NCBI GenBank assembly: GCA_951406725.2
Contig: OX597832.1
Span: 12,338,001 to 12,402,000, forward strand
Source: Octopus vulgaris
Taxonomy: Eukaryota
Length of the DNA: 64,000 nt
Reading direction: 5' to 3'
Both the position numbers and the translations under genes were made by a program. The notes under the pieces are model-generated. The model saw only the letters and a list, made by a program, of their open reading frames with translations. It searched no databases and was not told the origin of the DNA. Shown here one piece after another: positions 26,173 to 40,135 of the stretch (the first letter of the stretch is position 1; each line of letters starts with the position of its first letter).

Positions 26173-26684
26173 TATTTATCTAACTCATATATATATTTAT
26201 ATATAACCAATATGTGCACATAAGCGCGCGTGTTTGGGTGTGTGTGTATGTATGTATATATATATATGTGTGTGTGTGTGTTTATATGTATGTTTTCATG
26301 CATTCACATACTTGTAGAACGTGTGTTTTTTTTTTCTCGATCGCCTTTCTCTGTCTCTTTCTCTCTCACCCTCTCTCCGTTTCTCTCTTTCTCTCAACCA
26401 CTCAAGGCACACAACCACAACACACAGTCATTCACACATTTTCTTTATCTCTCTTTCTTGCTCTTTTTTTATTTTTTTTTTTACTTTTTTCTTCCCGTTT
26501 TTCGTCTCCCCTTCAAAATACATCCCTTCCCTTCATCATCACCCAACGTCCATCCGTAAGATGTTTTGCTTATTAGCTAATATATTAATTTCTTCTCCTT
26601 CTATCCTTCCATACATTCTTCCTCACCCTAACATAAACTGCAACTACAGTATTCTTTGATGCAGTACTAAAGAAAGTACGACTA

Positions 26685-26853
26685 GATTTGCTGCTGCCGC
26701 TGACGTTGCTGCTGCTGCTTCTACTACTACTACTACTACTGCTGCTGCTGTTGCTGCTGCTACAGCCGATGCTGCTGACACTACTATCACTACTATCAAC
26801 ACTACCTACCACCGCATAACACCACCACCACAACCACCACCACCACTACTACA

Positions 26854-26915
<62 letters not shown>

Positions 26916-27335
26916 TACTACTACTGGTGTTAGGCTACCGGCATCCTGAGCATCATCGTCGTCGTCGTCATCATCGTCGTCATCATCGTCATCATCATTA
27001 TCATTATCATCATCCTCATCATCATTATAATCATCATCGTCATCGTCGTCAGTTCCTTGCTAACAACACTAACTTCTGTCACTACTGCTGCTACTACTAC
27101 TACTACTACTTATACTACTTCTACTACTACTAGTAAGCAAACTACGCCGAGAAGAACCTCTACCACCACCACCACCGCCACCACGTTTACCACAACTACA
27201 GGTGCTACTATTACTAATAAAACTGCATTAGCTACAACTCCATCACCGTTCCTACTACTACTACTACCACCACCACAACTATAAGTTTTACTATAACTAA
27301 TAAAACTACATTAACAACTACCACCATCAATACTT

Positions 27336-27368
<33 letters not shown>

Positions 27369-27837
27369 TTATAACATCAACAACAACAACACCACCACAA
27401 ACAACAACTACTACTACTGCTACAAGTACTACAGCTGCTGCTGTTATTAATAGTACAACTACTATAGGTGCTACTATTACCAATAAAACTACATTAACTA
27501 CTGCCACTATCATTACTACTACTACTACTACCATCACCACCACCACTACTACTACTATTCCTACTGCTGCTATTAGTATTACTACTGCTACTACTACTAC
27601 TACTACTAATGCAGGTGCTACTATCATTAATAAAACTACGATAATACCTACTAATACTTATAGTACAAATACTATTGATACTACGAGTTGCTGCTGTTGC
27701 TGTTGCCGTGCGCTACTACTACTACTATTATTACTACTACTACTACTACGTCAACACCACCACCATCACCATCACCAACAACAATAACTAATACTACTAT
27801 TACAACACCACCACCACCAAGACCTACTACTACTAAA

Positions 27838-27891
<54 letters not shown>

Positions 27892-28495
27892 GCAACAGCT
27901 GCCGCTGACGATGGTGATGTTTCACTGCTGCTTGTGTTGAGGCAACAGTTACAAACACTCGTAGTTTAAACACAGCAAAACACTACAACAACACCAACAA
28001 GCACCTCAACCACACATAGTACTATTACTACTACTATAACTAAAAATACTCTACTATAACTTCTACGGCTACTACTACAACTACTACTACTATTACCCTC
28101 CTGGATATTACTATGGATACCACTGCTATTGGATACTACCGCTTTATTACTACTATTACAACCAACTCTATTACTAACACAGCTATCTGTACTACTGTTT
28201 TCTCCCCTAATCGTCTTTACTAAATAGCGTACCAGTGTTGGTTAATAGTTACTAGTTTAAAACTGCTACTACTAAAATTATTGGTACTTCTACCTATACT
28301 GTAATTGGTAGTAGTACTATTACAACTTATAGTTTTTCTCCTACACTAAATACTAATAGACGTATATTTTATATTGCATTTTTTTTTTCTGTTTGTAACT
28401 GTATTTTGGAGGAGAGATTGTTTTTGAAATTTGTAACTTGAAATCTATTTTGGTGCTTGTGTGTTGTTGTGTGTGTTTACGAGAGAGAAAGAGTA

Positions 28496-28528
<33 letters not shown>

Positions 28529-29139
28529 AAGAAGAGAGGGTAGAGTGTATATGTGTGTGTGAGAGAGTGTTTGTGTATGTATGTACCTAATGTTTGTGTG
28601 TGATATTTATGTAATAATGCTCGTGTCCGTCTTATAGGGGGGTGGTTTGCTAAATTGATTAATCGGGGGTGTTTGTCGATGTTGTTGTTGTTGTTGTTGT
28701 TTTGATCATCGTCCATTAACACCATCACCACCATCATCATCATCATCCTCATCATCATCATCTGCATCGTCGTCGTCGTCGTCTTCATCTCATCCAACTG
28801 CCAGCCTCCGTTACAATTCGGTCTACCCTATCTACCCTCTTGTCACTACCACTGAATGAACATAAATAAAAATAAGACCACCACCACCATCACCACAACC
28901 ACCACCAGTGCTACCACTACTACTAATATTACTACTATTGCTAACACCACTATCAACAGCAATAACAACAAATAGAATAACCACCACCAACACCACCAAC
29001 ACCACCACCGACAACATATATACCCGCCATCCCCACCATAACCATCGCTACCATCGCTATCACTATTACCACACGTAATAACATCATCATCACCACCACC
29101 ACGAGCATCAACAACAACAACAGCACCGCCAACACCGTA

Positions 29140-29175
<36 letters not shown>

Positions 29176-29519
29176 GACTACGAATAGTACGAATACTACT
29201 ACTATTATTGCTGCTGCTGCTGCTACTACTACTACTTACCTGTACTTCTGTTTTCTACAAAGAAAATGTATGTGGTGAAACAATAAACACCTAATTAAAC
29301 ACACACACACGCACACACATACAACAGGAACAAAAATGAACAAAATGTCATCGTCATCATCATCGTCGTCATCATTATCATCGTCATCACCATCATCGTC
29401 ATCATAAACAACTTCGTTAAAAACAGGATCGTCGTCAAGTACTCTCATCACCACTATCAACATCATCATCATCATCATCATCATCACCATCGTCGTCGTA
29501 ATCGTGTTTTTTTTTTTCT

Positions 29520-29555
<36 letters not shown>

Positions 29556-29852
29556 GTCATGAACATCATTATCAGCGTAGTTGAAGAATAGTTGCAGCAG
29601 CAGCATTAGCAGCAGCAGTGTCAGCAGCAGCAGTAGTACAGATGCAACAGTAGCATTAACATCATCAACTTGTTAACCGCCACATCAAGCCGCTGCCTGC
29701 CTGCCTGCATCCACCGCCCACCACCGCCGCCGCCGCCATCACTGCAGACCGCTGCCAATAAGAACAGCAGCAGCAGCAGCAGCAACAATAACAACAACAG
29801 CAACAACAGCAGCAACAGGCACAGCAGCAGCAGCAGCAGCAGCAATAGTGAT

Positions 29853-29889
<37 letters not shown>

Positions 29890-30720
29890 GTAATACCGGC
29901 CACGCAAGTCATCGCTAAATTATTGTTTGTCCTCCTTCCTTGTCACACCTCTTCATCGCCGCCATCACCGCCACCGCCATAACCACAGTCACTGCCGCCG
30001 CCGCCGCCGCCTCCGTCACCACCACCACCACCACCAACAACAACATCATCATCATCATCATCACTACCATTACCATTACCACCACTACTCTCACCGACAT
30101 TATCAACGCCACCGCCAGCGACCTACCCCCACCCCCACCCGAATCATCCTGATCTTCGTTCTCACCTTCCTCTCTTCTTCTTCTCTTTTCGCCGCCACCG
30201 CCGCCGCCGCCGTCGTCGTCGTCAATCGTCGCCGCCGCCGCCGCCGCCGCCGTCGTTGTCATCGTCGTAGTTGTTCTTCTTGTTGTCGCTAACATCATCA
30301 TCATCATCATCATCATCATCCCTATCATCATCATCATCATCATCATCATCACTATCAGTATCATTATCATTGTCAGCATCGTTGTCGGCATTATCGTCAT
30401 CGTCGTCGTAGTCGTGGTCGATGTCATTGTCATCATCGTCACCATCATCGTCATCATCACAACAACAACAACAACAACAACAACAACATCGTCATCATCA
30501 CCATCATAGCCCATCGTCGTCATCATTACGAACAAGAGCAACAGTATTATTAAGAGCGGAATTATCAAAAGCTAAATCATCAACCGCATTCGCACCACGA
30601 TCATCATCATCATTATTCCCATCAACGTTATCATCACTATCATCACCGTCATTGTGATTGCCGTCAGCATCAGAACGTACCACAACAATAACAAGAAGAA
30701 TATTATCAACTCTATCGCCA
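26685..30720. repeat. 4-kb mosaic of trinucleotide repeats (ACT, CAT, ACC, CAG, AAC, CCG, GTC) upstream of the neuroligin ATG
   Basis: Directly visible; SINE-free; CpG-rich (GCC)n runs at about 29720-30255. Confidence 0.9.
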
Positions 30721-31184
30721 CCAGAACGACTGGCGGAAATATTTCGGACTACATATACTATTTTTTATAATCGTACACATGCAGGAATTTAAAAACAATT
30801 TATATAGACATACGAACGGATATTCATGCCTGGAGCTAAATATATACACGCAGATGTATATGGATTCCTATATACACAAGCACAGCAAAATATATACCCA
30901 CACACACACAAACCTTTTCCGTTTCCATCCATGTATACACCAATCCATCCATCCATAAAGAAAAAAAAAATATCTACGAGATTGTTTCGAAAAAGTAATA
31001 GGTAAGAGATACTGCTAAATAAACACAGACACACCTATACATAAAGAAAAAAAAAAAAGAAAAGAAAAAAGAAAAGAAAGATAAAAAAGCTTACACTGAT
31101 ACACGCACACACACACGTACACACATACATAGACACAAGCACGGATATACATGTATACCTACATATATAACATATAACACACAC

Positions 31185-31221
<37 letters not shown>

Positions 31222-31404
31222 TACATCTGAATATATGCATACACATCTGTATATTCATAGAGATCGGTATATATATATATATACGTTGGTATATGTAATA
31301 ATCGGCAAACGGAAGGAAAATCTCAGGTTGAATAATTAACGAAAAAGAGATTTAAGTAAAAGAAAAAAAAATCGTTGAAATTCTTATCCACTACCACATA
31401 AATT

Positions 31405-31440
<36 letters not shown>

Positions 31441-31871
31441 ATTTATATATATTATATATATGGATGTATGGATTTATGTATGTGTATGCATATAAAATAA
31501 TAAAAATATACACCCTGTAATACTACATGTTGATATAGATATATGACATACTTACACACGCTGAGTATATATACATGCATGCAAACATATATACTCACAT
31601 TCATATACTCGCATTCAAACAAGTTATAGACAGACAGACAGACGGATAATCAGAGTGACACCCAGACACACCGACAGAATATTTGTTGAAATTTTAACTG
31701 CCACCTTAACAATTTTTTTTTTTTTAGTTATTTCTTTATTTAATTAACAAAAACGAGAACTAAAAATAAGAAACGGAAAAGGAAAAAAAAAAATGAAATG
31801 GCGAACAAGCAAAAGGCCAGAAGACACAAATGTCCGCGGTGAAAAAAAAGTTTAAATAACTACAAAAGCTA

Positions 31872-31902
<31 letters not shown>

Positions 31903-32147
31903 AAGGAAAAAAAGAAAATAGTGTGTGAGTGAGATAAAGAGCGAGCGTGAGAGAGTGAGTGAGAGAGAGAGAGAGAGAGTGAGAGAGAGGAGAAGCAGTG
32001 TAAATTGAAAATTCTCTCCGAGATCGTGGCGGTTCTTTCGTTATACAAGCCAAATCTAAGTGATGTCCTTTTCAAAGACGTAATCCAACTTCAAAGTGTC
32101 ATGCAATCAATAAGAAATATTCTCTTGCTATTTCACCCGAAAGAGAA

Positions 32148-32598
32148 ATGGGTGGAAGTCTAACATCGCCCTTTATCGGATCAGCATGTGTCTCTATTCT
32201 CCTTGTGGTTCTGGTTTTAAACATTGGCGAGTGTGTGGTTTACATGCGTACGTTAAGTGACCGGGTTGTGACCACACGTTACGGAACGGTCCGAGGTGTG
32301 ATGGTGGAATTCCCTAACCGTCATCTCAAACCAGTCGATGCGTATTTAGGATTGCCGTACGCCTCTTTGCTTAGAGGCAACCTTCGATTCATGCCTCCCA
32401 CCAGTCCAATGGAAAAATGGACCGGTACCAGAGTGGTTCTTGATATGAGTCCCGTGTGCCCACAGAAAGTTCCCGATCTCAACGACTTAAAAGGAAAAGT
32501 ACCTGAGAGCCGTTATGAGCACTACAAAAGGATAGCACCTTTACTTTCAAAACAACTTGAAGATTGTTTAAGCCTTAATCTCTATGTTCCCAGACAAG
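32148..32598 (+). CDS. NLGN: Neuroligin-family (carboxylesterase-like synaptic adhesion protein), first coding exon: signal peptide plus N-terminal part of the esterase-like domain
   Basis: ATG followed by a hydrophobic signal peptide (SACVSILLVVLVLNIGEC), then VVTTRYGTVRG, PVDAYLGLPYA, LRFMPP, W.G.R, PVCPQ and EDCLSLNLYVP motifs of the type-B carboxylesterase fold. The PVCPQ..PD....P..RY....RI.PLL..Q.EDCL loop is typical of invertebrate neuroligins. A canonical donor CAAG|GTAAGT lies at 32598/32599 (451 nt, phase 1), just after LNLYVP where neuroligins have a conserved intron. The ORF beyond this point is intronic read-through. The paralogue cannot be assigned. Confidence 0.9.
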
Positions 32599-33251
32599 GT
32601 AAGTCCGAAGTTCTGAAAGAAAAAAAAAACACACAAAAAAAAATTAGAAAAAATGTATTAATAATGTCCGTGTATTTATTATTGTTATTAACATTGATAT
32701 TATTTTTTGTTGTTGCCCACAGCTTCCTTATTAAGGAGGGGTAGGTTGAGGGGCGATAATAATATAAGATAAAATGAGTTATATATCTATTATATATACA
32801 TGGAAAGTGTTATATATTTATATTTATATTTGTTTTTGTAAATTATGTATGTAAATGCATTTATTTTACCCAAAATTGAAACACGGTTCGATCAGGGAGA
32901 AGTTGGTTAAATACATATGCACCGAAATTCCTCACGGTAGGATCGAACCCGGCTTTTCTTCTGTGCGAATGCAGCATGAATTTCTTCCTCATTCTGCCAT
33001 GCCTGTTACAAATATGTGACTGGAAGTCCTGTTGTGTGAATGTGGCTTTGATAAGAAGAGCCACCTTTGTCACGCTTATTCTCTCTAATGAGTGCGTTAA
33101 GGGGGTTGTTGTATCTCCCTTAACGCGATCGAATACTCGACTGCAAATACTATGAATTAACGTGTATGAAATCATCGTCGAAACAGACGGAGGCTAAAAT
33201 TTAAAAGGTGGATATATATATGAAAGCGGGGATAGATTTTGTGTATATATG

Positions 33252-33346
<95 letters not shown>

Positions 33347-33666
33347 AAACACGCATCAGTGTGGGAGAACATGAAAAGAGAAATCAGTTTCGGTTTCGAA
33401 ATAGCCTCCATTCAATAGACAAAAATTAAAATTATATATATACTACATGTGCGCACGTATACGTGAGTATGCGCGGGTGTGTGAGCATGTAAGTATGTGT
33501 GTATATTTATGTTTGTGTATGTGCGACTGTGTGTGTGTGTGTGTGTGTATGTGCGTGTGCATCTGTATTTTGATGAGTGTGTGTGTCCATCTGTTAGCCT
33601 TTATATATATATGAGTACCAATATACATTCGCCTTTGCACGAGCATTTTTTTTCAAATTCAGTTTA

Positions 33667-33712
<46 letters not shown>

Positions 33713-35681
33713 CCTACATAGAGATACACACATTGAAACGCACGCATAAACGCACACACACACATACACAAACATACGCACACATACATATATAGTTCTG
33801 CATATGTGCATGCCTTTGCACTCAAGAATGGATATGTGCGTATATGATTTGGGTTTTGTGTATGTGTGAGTGCGTGTGTATCGATGGGTACGCGTATGTT
33901 TTCTCCCCCCCCCCCCCCACATAAATTGTCTTCATTACATAAGTACACGCGCACAGACACACGCTCAAACATCTACATACAATACACATACCCACACATA
34001 TATATCTGTACACATACATTCGCACACACCTACACGAACACTCAGCTATACATACACACACACACACACATACATGAACACAAACATATGATACGATATA
34101 CACGTATGTCGAAGTTTAATGGAAAAGTGGGTGTGAAAAAGAAGCTCTTAATACCGCACTTTAGTAAGAAAGTCCAGTTAAAGCTGGATACAATATCACA
34201 CATAACGCCTATGTGATACGACAGTATATCACACACAACCTCTCTTATGTATGAAAACGTATATTCAAGATGTATGTGTGTGTATTCGCACATTTGTGTA
34301 CGTTCGTGTGAATTTTCTGATTAAGTATATTTGTGCGAGCGTAGATATATATATATATAGATATATATCTATGTATATCTATATCTATGTATATTTTAAA
34401 TTTCATTAAAAGCCCTGTAGCTTGCGGTCTTATATAAAATATGTGCGGCTATTTACGCGTGTGTACTGTACGTATGTATCTTATATACGTACGCTCATTT
34501 ATACGTTTACAATGCACTCATGTGGCCAGTTGTTGCTGGATATGAAAGCTGCTACATGGTAAAGCGGTATGTGAGCGTAAAAATTAAATGTGGAAGTTTG
34601 AGTGTATGTATGAGTACACACGCACACACTCACACATATGAGAGCGTATATATTTATATACAAACACTCACATATATATACACATACATACCAACACACG
34701 CTCATACATACATGTCTTCATACATGGATATATTTGTATATACATTCCAAATTCTGCTCGTGTCTGTATGTAGATAAGCCTGTGTATAAAGGAGAATTTT
34801 TATTGTGTGTATGTATGTATGTATGTATGTATGTATGTGTGTTTGTGTATGTATGTCTGAACATATGTATGTGTACAAAGTGTATATCAGACGAAGAATT
34901 TCTTGGTCGATGTGTCTACGTTTGTGGAATTCGCTCGCGCGCATGCTCTTGTACATAAGTTTGCGTATACGAGAGACTATGAAAAAAAGCGGACCCCCTT
35001 CCTGTCACAGACATAATTTCATACCCCCCTCAGACACATACACACACGCTTACACATACACACACATATATATATATATACACATCCTCACAGAAGCAAG
35101 CTTACACCCACACAAGTCACACAACTATAGGCGCCCACATACATACATACATACATATATATATTTGTGTATATGTGTGTTCGTAATTACTAACTGTGTT
35201 CTGAGGTAGTTTAAACGTTTGTGTATGTATGTATGTATTATGTGTAATATTTGGCAAGGTATACTTTATACGTGGATTCTTAGGTACATGTATGTGTATA
35301 TGCGAATGTTGTTTTGTGGCTGAGTATGCGTGATTGTGTTTATATGCGAGGAAGTATTTTTGTGCTCGTATCTGTTTGTGTGTGTGTCTGTGTGTCTACG
35401 TCTGTGTGTGTGGAGCATCTAATTATTAAAAATATCCGTCAAATGTAAATAATGTAAATAATGAGCGTCTAAGTAGTTGTTTAAATGTGGAGGTTTTTAA
35501 GTATTTACGATGATAAAACTCATTGTGCACGTATGTGATATACACATATACGTACCTACAACTATATATACATCTATGTATCACAACACACACATATATG
35601 CAAGTATGTATATATGAACGTTTGTCTGTATGTGTAGTTTTGTGTACACGAGAACATAGCTGTGTGTGTGCCAATCACATT

Positions 35682-35800
35682 TTGCCTTTCATCCTTTCGG
35701 GGTCGATAAATTATGTACCAGCTGCGTACTGGGGGTCGATCTAATCGACTGGCACCCCCTCCCCAAAAAATTTCGGGCCTTGTGCCTAGAGTAGAAACGA
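35682..35800 (+). mobile_element. 5'-truncated family A SINE
   Basis: ttgcctttcatcctttcggggtcgataaatt...gggccttgtgcctagagtagaa. Confidence 0.85.
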
Positions 35801-36821
35801 ACATTGTTTTACTAGTATGATTGTAAAAAATCTTATTGTAGTTATTAGCTGTTGCCGCTGATGCTGTATAACCCTAGGCTTGATCTGATGAAAGAAATCT
35901 ATGATCAAAAATCTGTGACTCTCTCATCTCATTTATTTAGATACCTGTTTTTTCTTTTAGATGTTTAAGTGAGCGTATTTCTGCTTGCGTGCGTGTGCTC
36001 GCGTCCTTCACTCGTATATATTTTTTTCATATGAAATACGAATCGGTGCGTGATATGAGTGTGTTTTGACTGCTATTTTTAATTGTTCACCCACTACCAA
36101 GAAGCACGGCGTGCATGTGTCTACGCGCGCGTGTGTGTGTGTGTATGTTTCTGTCCCTCACTCATATATTTTTTCAAATGAAATACGAGTCATATGGTGT
36201 AATATGAGGGTTGTTTTGACTGCTATTTCTAGCAGGTCCCTAACTCCCCAAAAGGTCCCTCTTTACCACGTCTGTTCAAATCTGTGCAATGAATCTAATT
36301 GTACGAAGCTACTAAGCTTCCTACATGTGTGGATTTGTGATTCTAAATGTGTATGTGAGTGCAACGATGCGCGCGTACATAATGAGTATGAATAAGTATG
36401 TGTGTTTGTGTGTGTATGAATGTGTTTGTGTATGTGTGTGAGTGTGTGTTTACGTATGTGTGTACCCCTCCATGCAAAAACGCTTGCGCTAACATGTAGA
36501 AATGTAAAGAGTAGGATTTCTGTATATCTAATTGCAATGATGTTGCTTGTGTGTTTGTGTATGTGTTTGTGTGTGTGTGTGTGTGTGTATGTGTGTGTGT
36601 GTGTGTATGTGTATGTGCGTATGTGTGTGTGTTGCTTCATACATCAATTTGATTTCTTTCTTGTGGCTGTCTGCAAGTGTTTCAAAGAAAGCGGCCTCAT
36701 TCATACACAAACACACATACACACACACACACACACGCACATACTCGCACACACATACTCACATACATGCAGGCACGCGTGCGCATAGACACATGCACCC
36801 AGACACTCAAACAAACACACA

Positions 36822-36856
<35 letters not shown>

Positions 36857-37042
36857 GTATATCTACGTCTATATATACAGGCACACAATACAAACTCGCA
36901 TATTACGCGCGAACACATAAATGTATACACACAAAATCTAGGCGAAGAATATGGTTTTTATTATTGAATAATTTCTCCTCCAAGCATTTTCTTTTAGTTT
37001 CCTGACTGTTAGTCTCGCATACATACATACATATATATATAT

Positions 37043-37203
37043 AATTTGAAACTGACTTATTGGAAGTCCACCTGAAGATTGTCGATCAAGACAAGAAACA
37101 ATTGTAGTGGCGGTTTTTTTGACTATTTATTAAAATTTTATGTATTGATTAAGTCTTTCCTTGTTTGTTTTGCAAAATAGTGGTTTTGTCTCTAATAATA
37201 TTT
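37043..37203 (+). mobile_element. Short Penelope-like terminal module carrying the hammerhead, embedded in (TA)n
   Basis: About 160 bp of non-microsatellite sequence flanked on both sides by (TA)n and containing the hammerhead motif. The Penelope assignment is inferred from the ribozyme architecture. Confidence 0.5.
37068..37110 (+). ncRNA. Minimal type-I hammerhead ribozyme motif with intact catalytic core
   Basis: CCAC (stem I) - CTGAAGA (core) - TTGTC gatcaa GACAA (stem II) - GAA - AC aatt GT (stem III; ACAATTGT is palindromic) - A (GUA cleavage triplet, predicted cut after 37106) - GTGG (stem I). Confidence 0.8.
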
Positions 37204-37243
37204 TATATATATATATATATACACATATATATATATATATATA

Positions 37244-37463
37244 TATTGGATTGGTGCAATTATTAATGCGGCTTTTTTTCAGCAAAAACAATAACAATAT
37301 GTAACAAAACATCTTTAATTGACGGTCTGACCGTCTGCCAAGCAAAAGAGAAGCAGTAATTGAAGTAGATGGTGAATATGCTTCGGAATAATCATTTTAA
37401 AATGTTTTTGTTACATGTTGTTATTGTTTTTGTTCAACAAAATTGTTGGAAAAAAATCCCAAT

Positions 37464-37470
<7 letters not shown>
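37244..37470 (+). mobile_element. Internally deleted mariner (MITE-like) relic
   Basis: Starts with the mariner-like TIR tattggattggtgcaattattaatgcgg at a TA run. It contains [20 protein letters not shown], matching the mariner transposase C-terminus (LP.RW..VIE..GEY), and a partial right end cccaataata. Confidence 0.7.
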
Positions 37471-37534
<64 letters not shown>

Positions 37535-37581
37535 TATATACATATATCTTTATATTTATATACATACACACAGACACACAT

Positions 37582-37639
<58 letters not shown>

Positions 37640-37925
37640 TTTGTGTATTATCGATATCCCTGCGCGCTTTTCTAAGTGTGTGAGTGACTGATTTCTGCAA
37701 GCTGCAATCGCAGGCCACGACAAGGCCAGGATAGTGGAAGTGCTGTCGATATCTACAATATATAAGCAGAACGTCAATAGAGGTTCAGTGCAGGGACAGG
37801 GCAGAACCGAGAGGCTGGTTTCAGGTCTCAACGCGTTAAATGTTAAACCCAGTGACATTACTGGTATCAATATTAATATTGAATACGTTAGCAGAACTTG
37901 TGCTTCTCTAAGAAGCCAATATTTC

Positions 37926-37957
<32 letters not shown>

Positions 37958-40021
37958 TGTATGTATGTATGTATGTATGTATGTATGTATATGTGTGTGT
38001 ATGTATGTATATGTGTGTGTATGTGTGTATGTATGTATGTATGTGTGCATGTATGTGTGTGTATGTATGTATGAATGTATGTATGTTTGTATGTACGTAT
38101 GTAAGCATGCATGTATATATGTATATGTGTGGGTTTTTGAAATCATGTATATCTATGGACCGTTATACCTATATACATACATACATACTTATATATACAT
38201 ACATGCATATATATATATACAAAATACACATACATACATGTGTGTATATATGTGTGTAGTTATGTATACACACATGCGTACACATATATATCTATATATT
38301 AACAACACACATACAAACATATACAAGCATGCATGCACACTCCTTAACAGATACCGGCCAAATAATTACTCATTAGTCCTCTATTACTCATTAGTCAAAT
38401 TAGATACATGTGGTATTTTGGGGCTGTTTATTTCAGTTAAATTGAGCCCTTATACATGGTATACTCCTTTTTAGAACAACTTTTTTGTATCAAACATATT
38501 TGGTATCAGAATAAATTGAAACAGTCCTTTTTTCAGAAACCGTTGCTCCTTCAATATTTTTTGTATTGTCCCTTCTGCATCCCGAGTTTCCTTTCCTGGT
38601 CGAATTCGATCTCGCAATCTATGTTCAACATCGATAAAATATGTATTCTCCATATGAGTAAAATATTTATTGGTCGCTCATACATTTGTGGCCCCACATT
38701 ACCTTACCATTGAAAGGAATATGTTGTTCATTAGATTAAGTGCAGCCTTCACTGAACAGACCGATTACCAAAGGAAATCCGCCCATGACCTTTACGTCTA
38801 GTTTTTATACAAATAGCATAACAGAGTTGCCCTGAACTATATGGTGTCGTTATTTTTTTTTTTTTTAAAGAGAGTATGGTGCTTTTTAGGGACAGTTTGC
38901 TTACTATTTCTAGCTAGTCGTGCGACCGAGTGCCTTTTTCCTGTCGGCTCCTAAAACCAATAAGTACGTAAGTTCATGTATTTGTATGTGTGTATGCATT
39001 AATGTGGAAAGAGAAATGGAGAGAAAGGAGAGATTGAGAGAGAGAGACATCATTGGAAGAGAGAAGTAGTGTTGGGGTGTGAGGGAGGTAGATAAGAAAA
39101 AGAGATAGAAAGAAACAAGAGAGAGGTCGATCGAAAATAGATAAAGAGAGAGAAGACAGACAGAGAAAGGCAGAGAGAGAGAGATATAAAAAGATGCAGA
39201 GACAGACAAAGGGAGAGAGCTGGTGGTGGGAAAGAGAGAGGTAGAGAGGGATAGACATTTACAGAGAGAGGGAGATGGGGTATGGGAAAAGAGAGAGATG
39301 GAAATAGGAAGTAAGAAATGCAGAAAAGATTGCTAGTAAGAGAATGAGAGAGAGAGAGAGAGAGAGAGAGACAGTGACAGACAGACAGGATGATGTGTGT
39401 ATGTGTTTGTGTATGTGTGTGTGTATGTATGTATGTATGTATGTATGTATGTATGTATGTGTGATGTAGAGGGAGATAGTAGATAATGAGTGAGGAGAGA
39501 AAGTGGAGAGAGAAAGAGAGGGAAGACAAAGGGAGAGAAAGAGAGAGACTATACCTATTAGTGATACAAATATTTTACCAATCACTGATGTGTCAACGAT
39601 AAAAAAATTAAATTAGGTGAGGATCGAACTCAAGACTTCGATGACTGATATCTATTTTTGTATCACATTTCTCAATCCATGAACTTGTGAAGATACATTA
39701 TTTGATCTGAAAACAAGGGTTCCTCTACGTGGTGACTCGACCCGCTAGAAATAGCCAACTCCACCTTAAATCACACACCGACCTTTTTCCTGACGAAAAG
39801 AACGAAAGTTGCATTTGATAAGACATTTCTAGTTATTACCAAATAAGTAGAACAATTTCATATTCAGGGTGGAACGCTGTTGATCGTATCGTAAGCATGC
39901 TCAATCAGGCTTGACCTAGGGCTAAATAACAGCAATAAGATGAACAACAAGAAATGCATTCAAATATGGAGACACATACTTATCTATATAGTCATAGATC
40001 TATCTATCTATATCATTATGC

Positions 40022-40077
<56 letters not shown>

Positions 40078-40079
40078 AA

Positions 40080-40135
<56 letters not shown>

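Noticed and set aside
29234-29242. Perfect minus-strand splice donor CAG|GTAAGT suggesting an antisense exon
   Set aside because: A single 9-mer without an identifiable exon or acceptor could occur by chance in 64 kb; transcript data would be needed.
29621-30657. Poly-Ser/His/Thr/Ala/Gln ORFs upstream of neuroligin
   Set aside because: Trinucleotide-repeat translations open in several frames on both strands, with no domain or splice evidence.
32599-32744. C-terminal hydrophobic extension of the 198-aa ORF as a transmembrane anchor
   Set aside because: It lies beyond a consensus GTAAGT donor in A/T-run-rich sequence and is intron read-through.
35880-35910. CTGATGA followed by GAAA
   Set aside because: Only 2 nt separate the two core halves, so there is no stem II.
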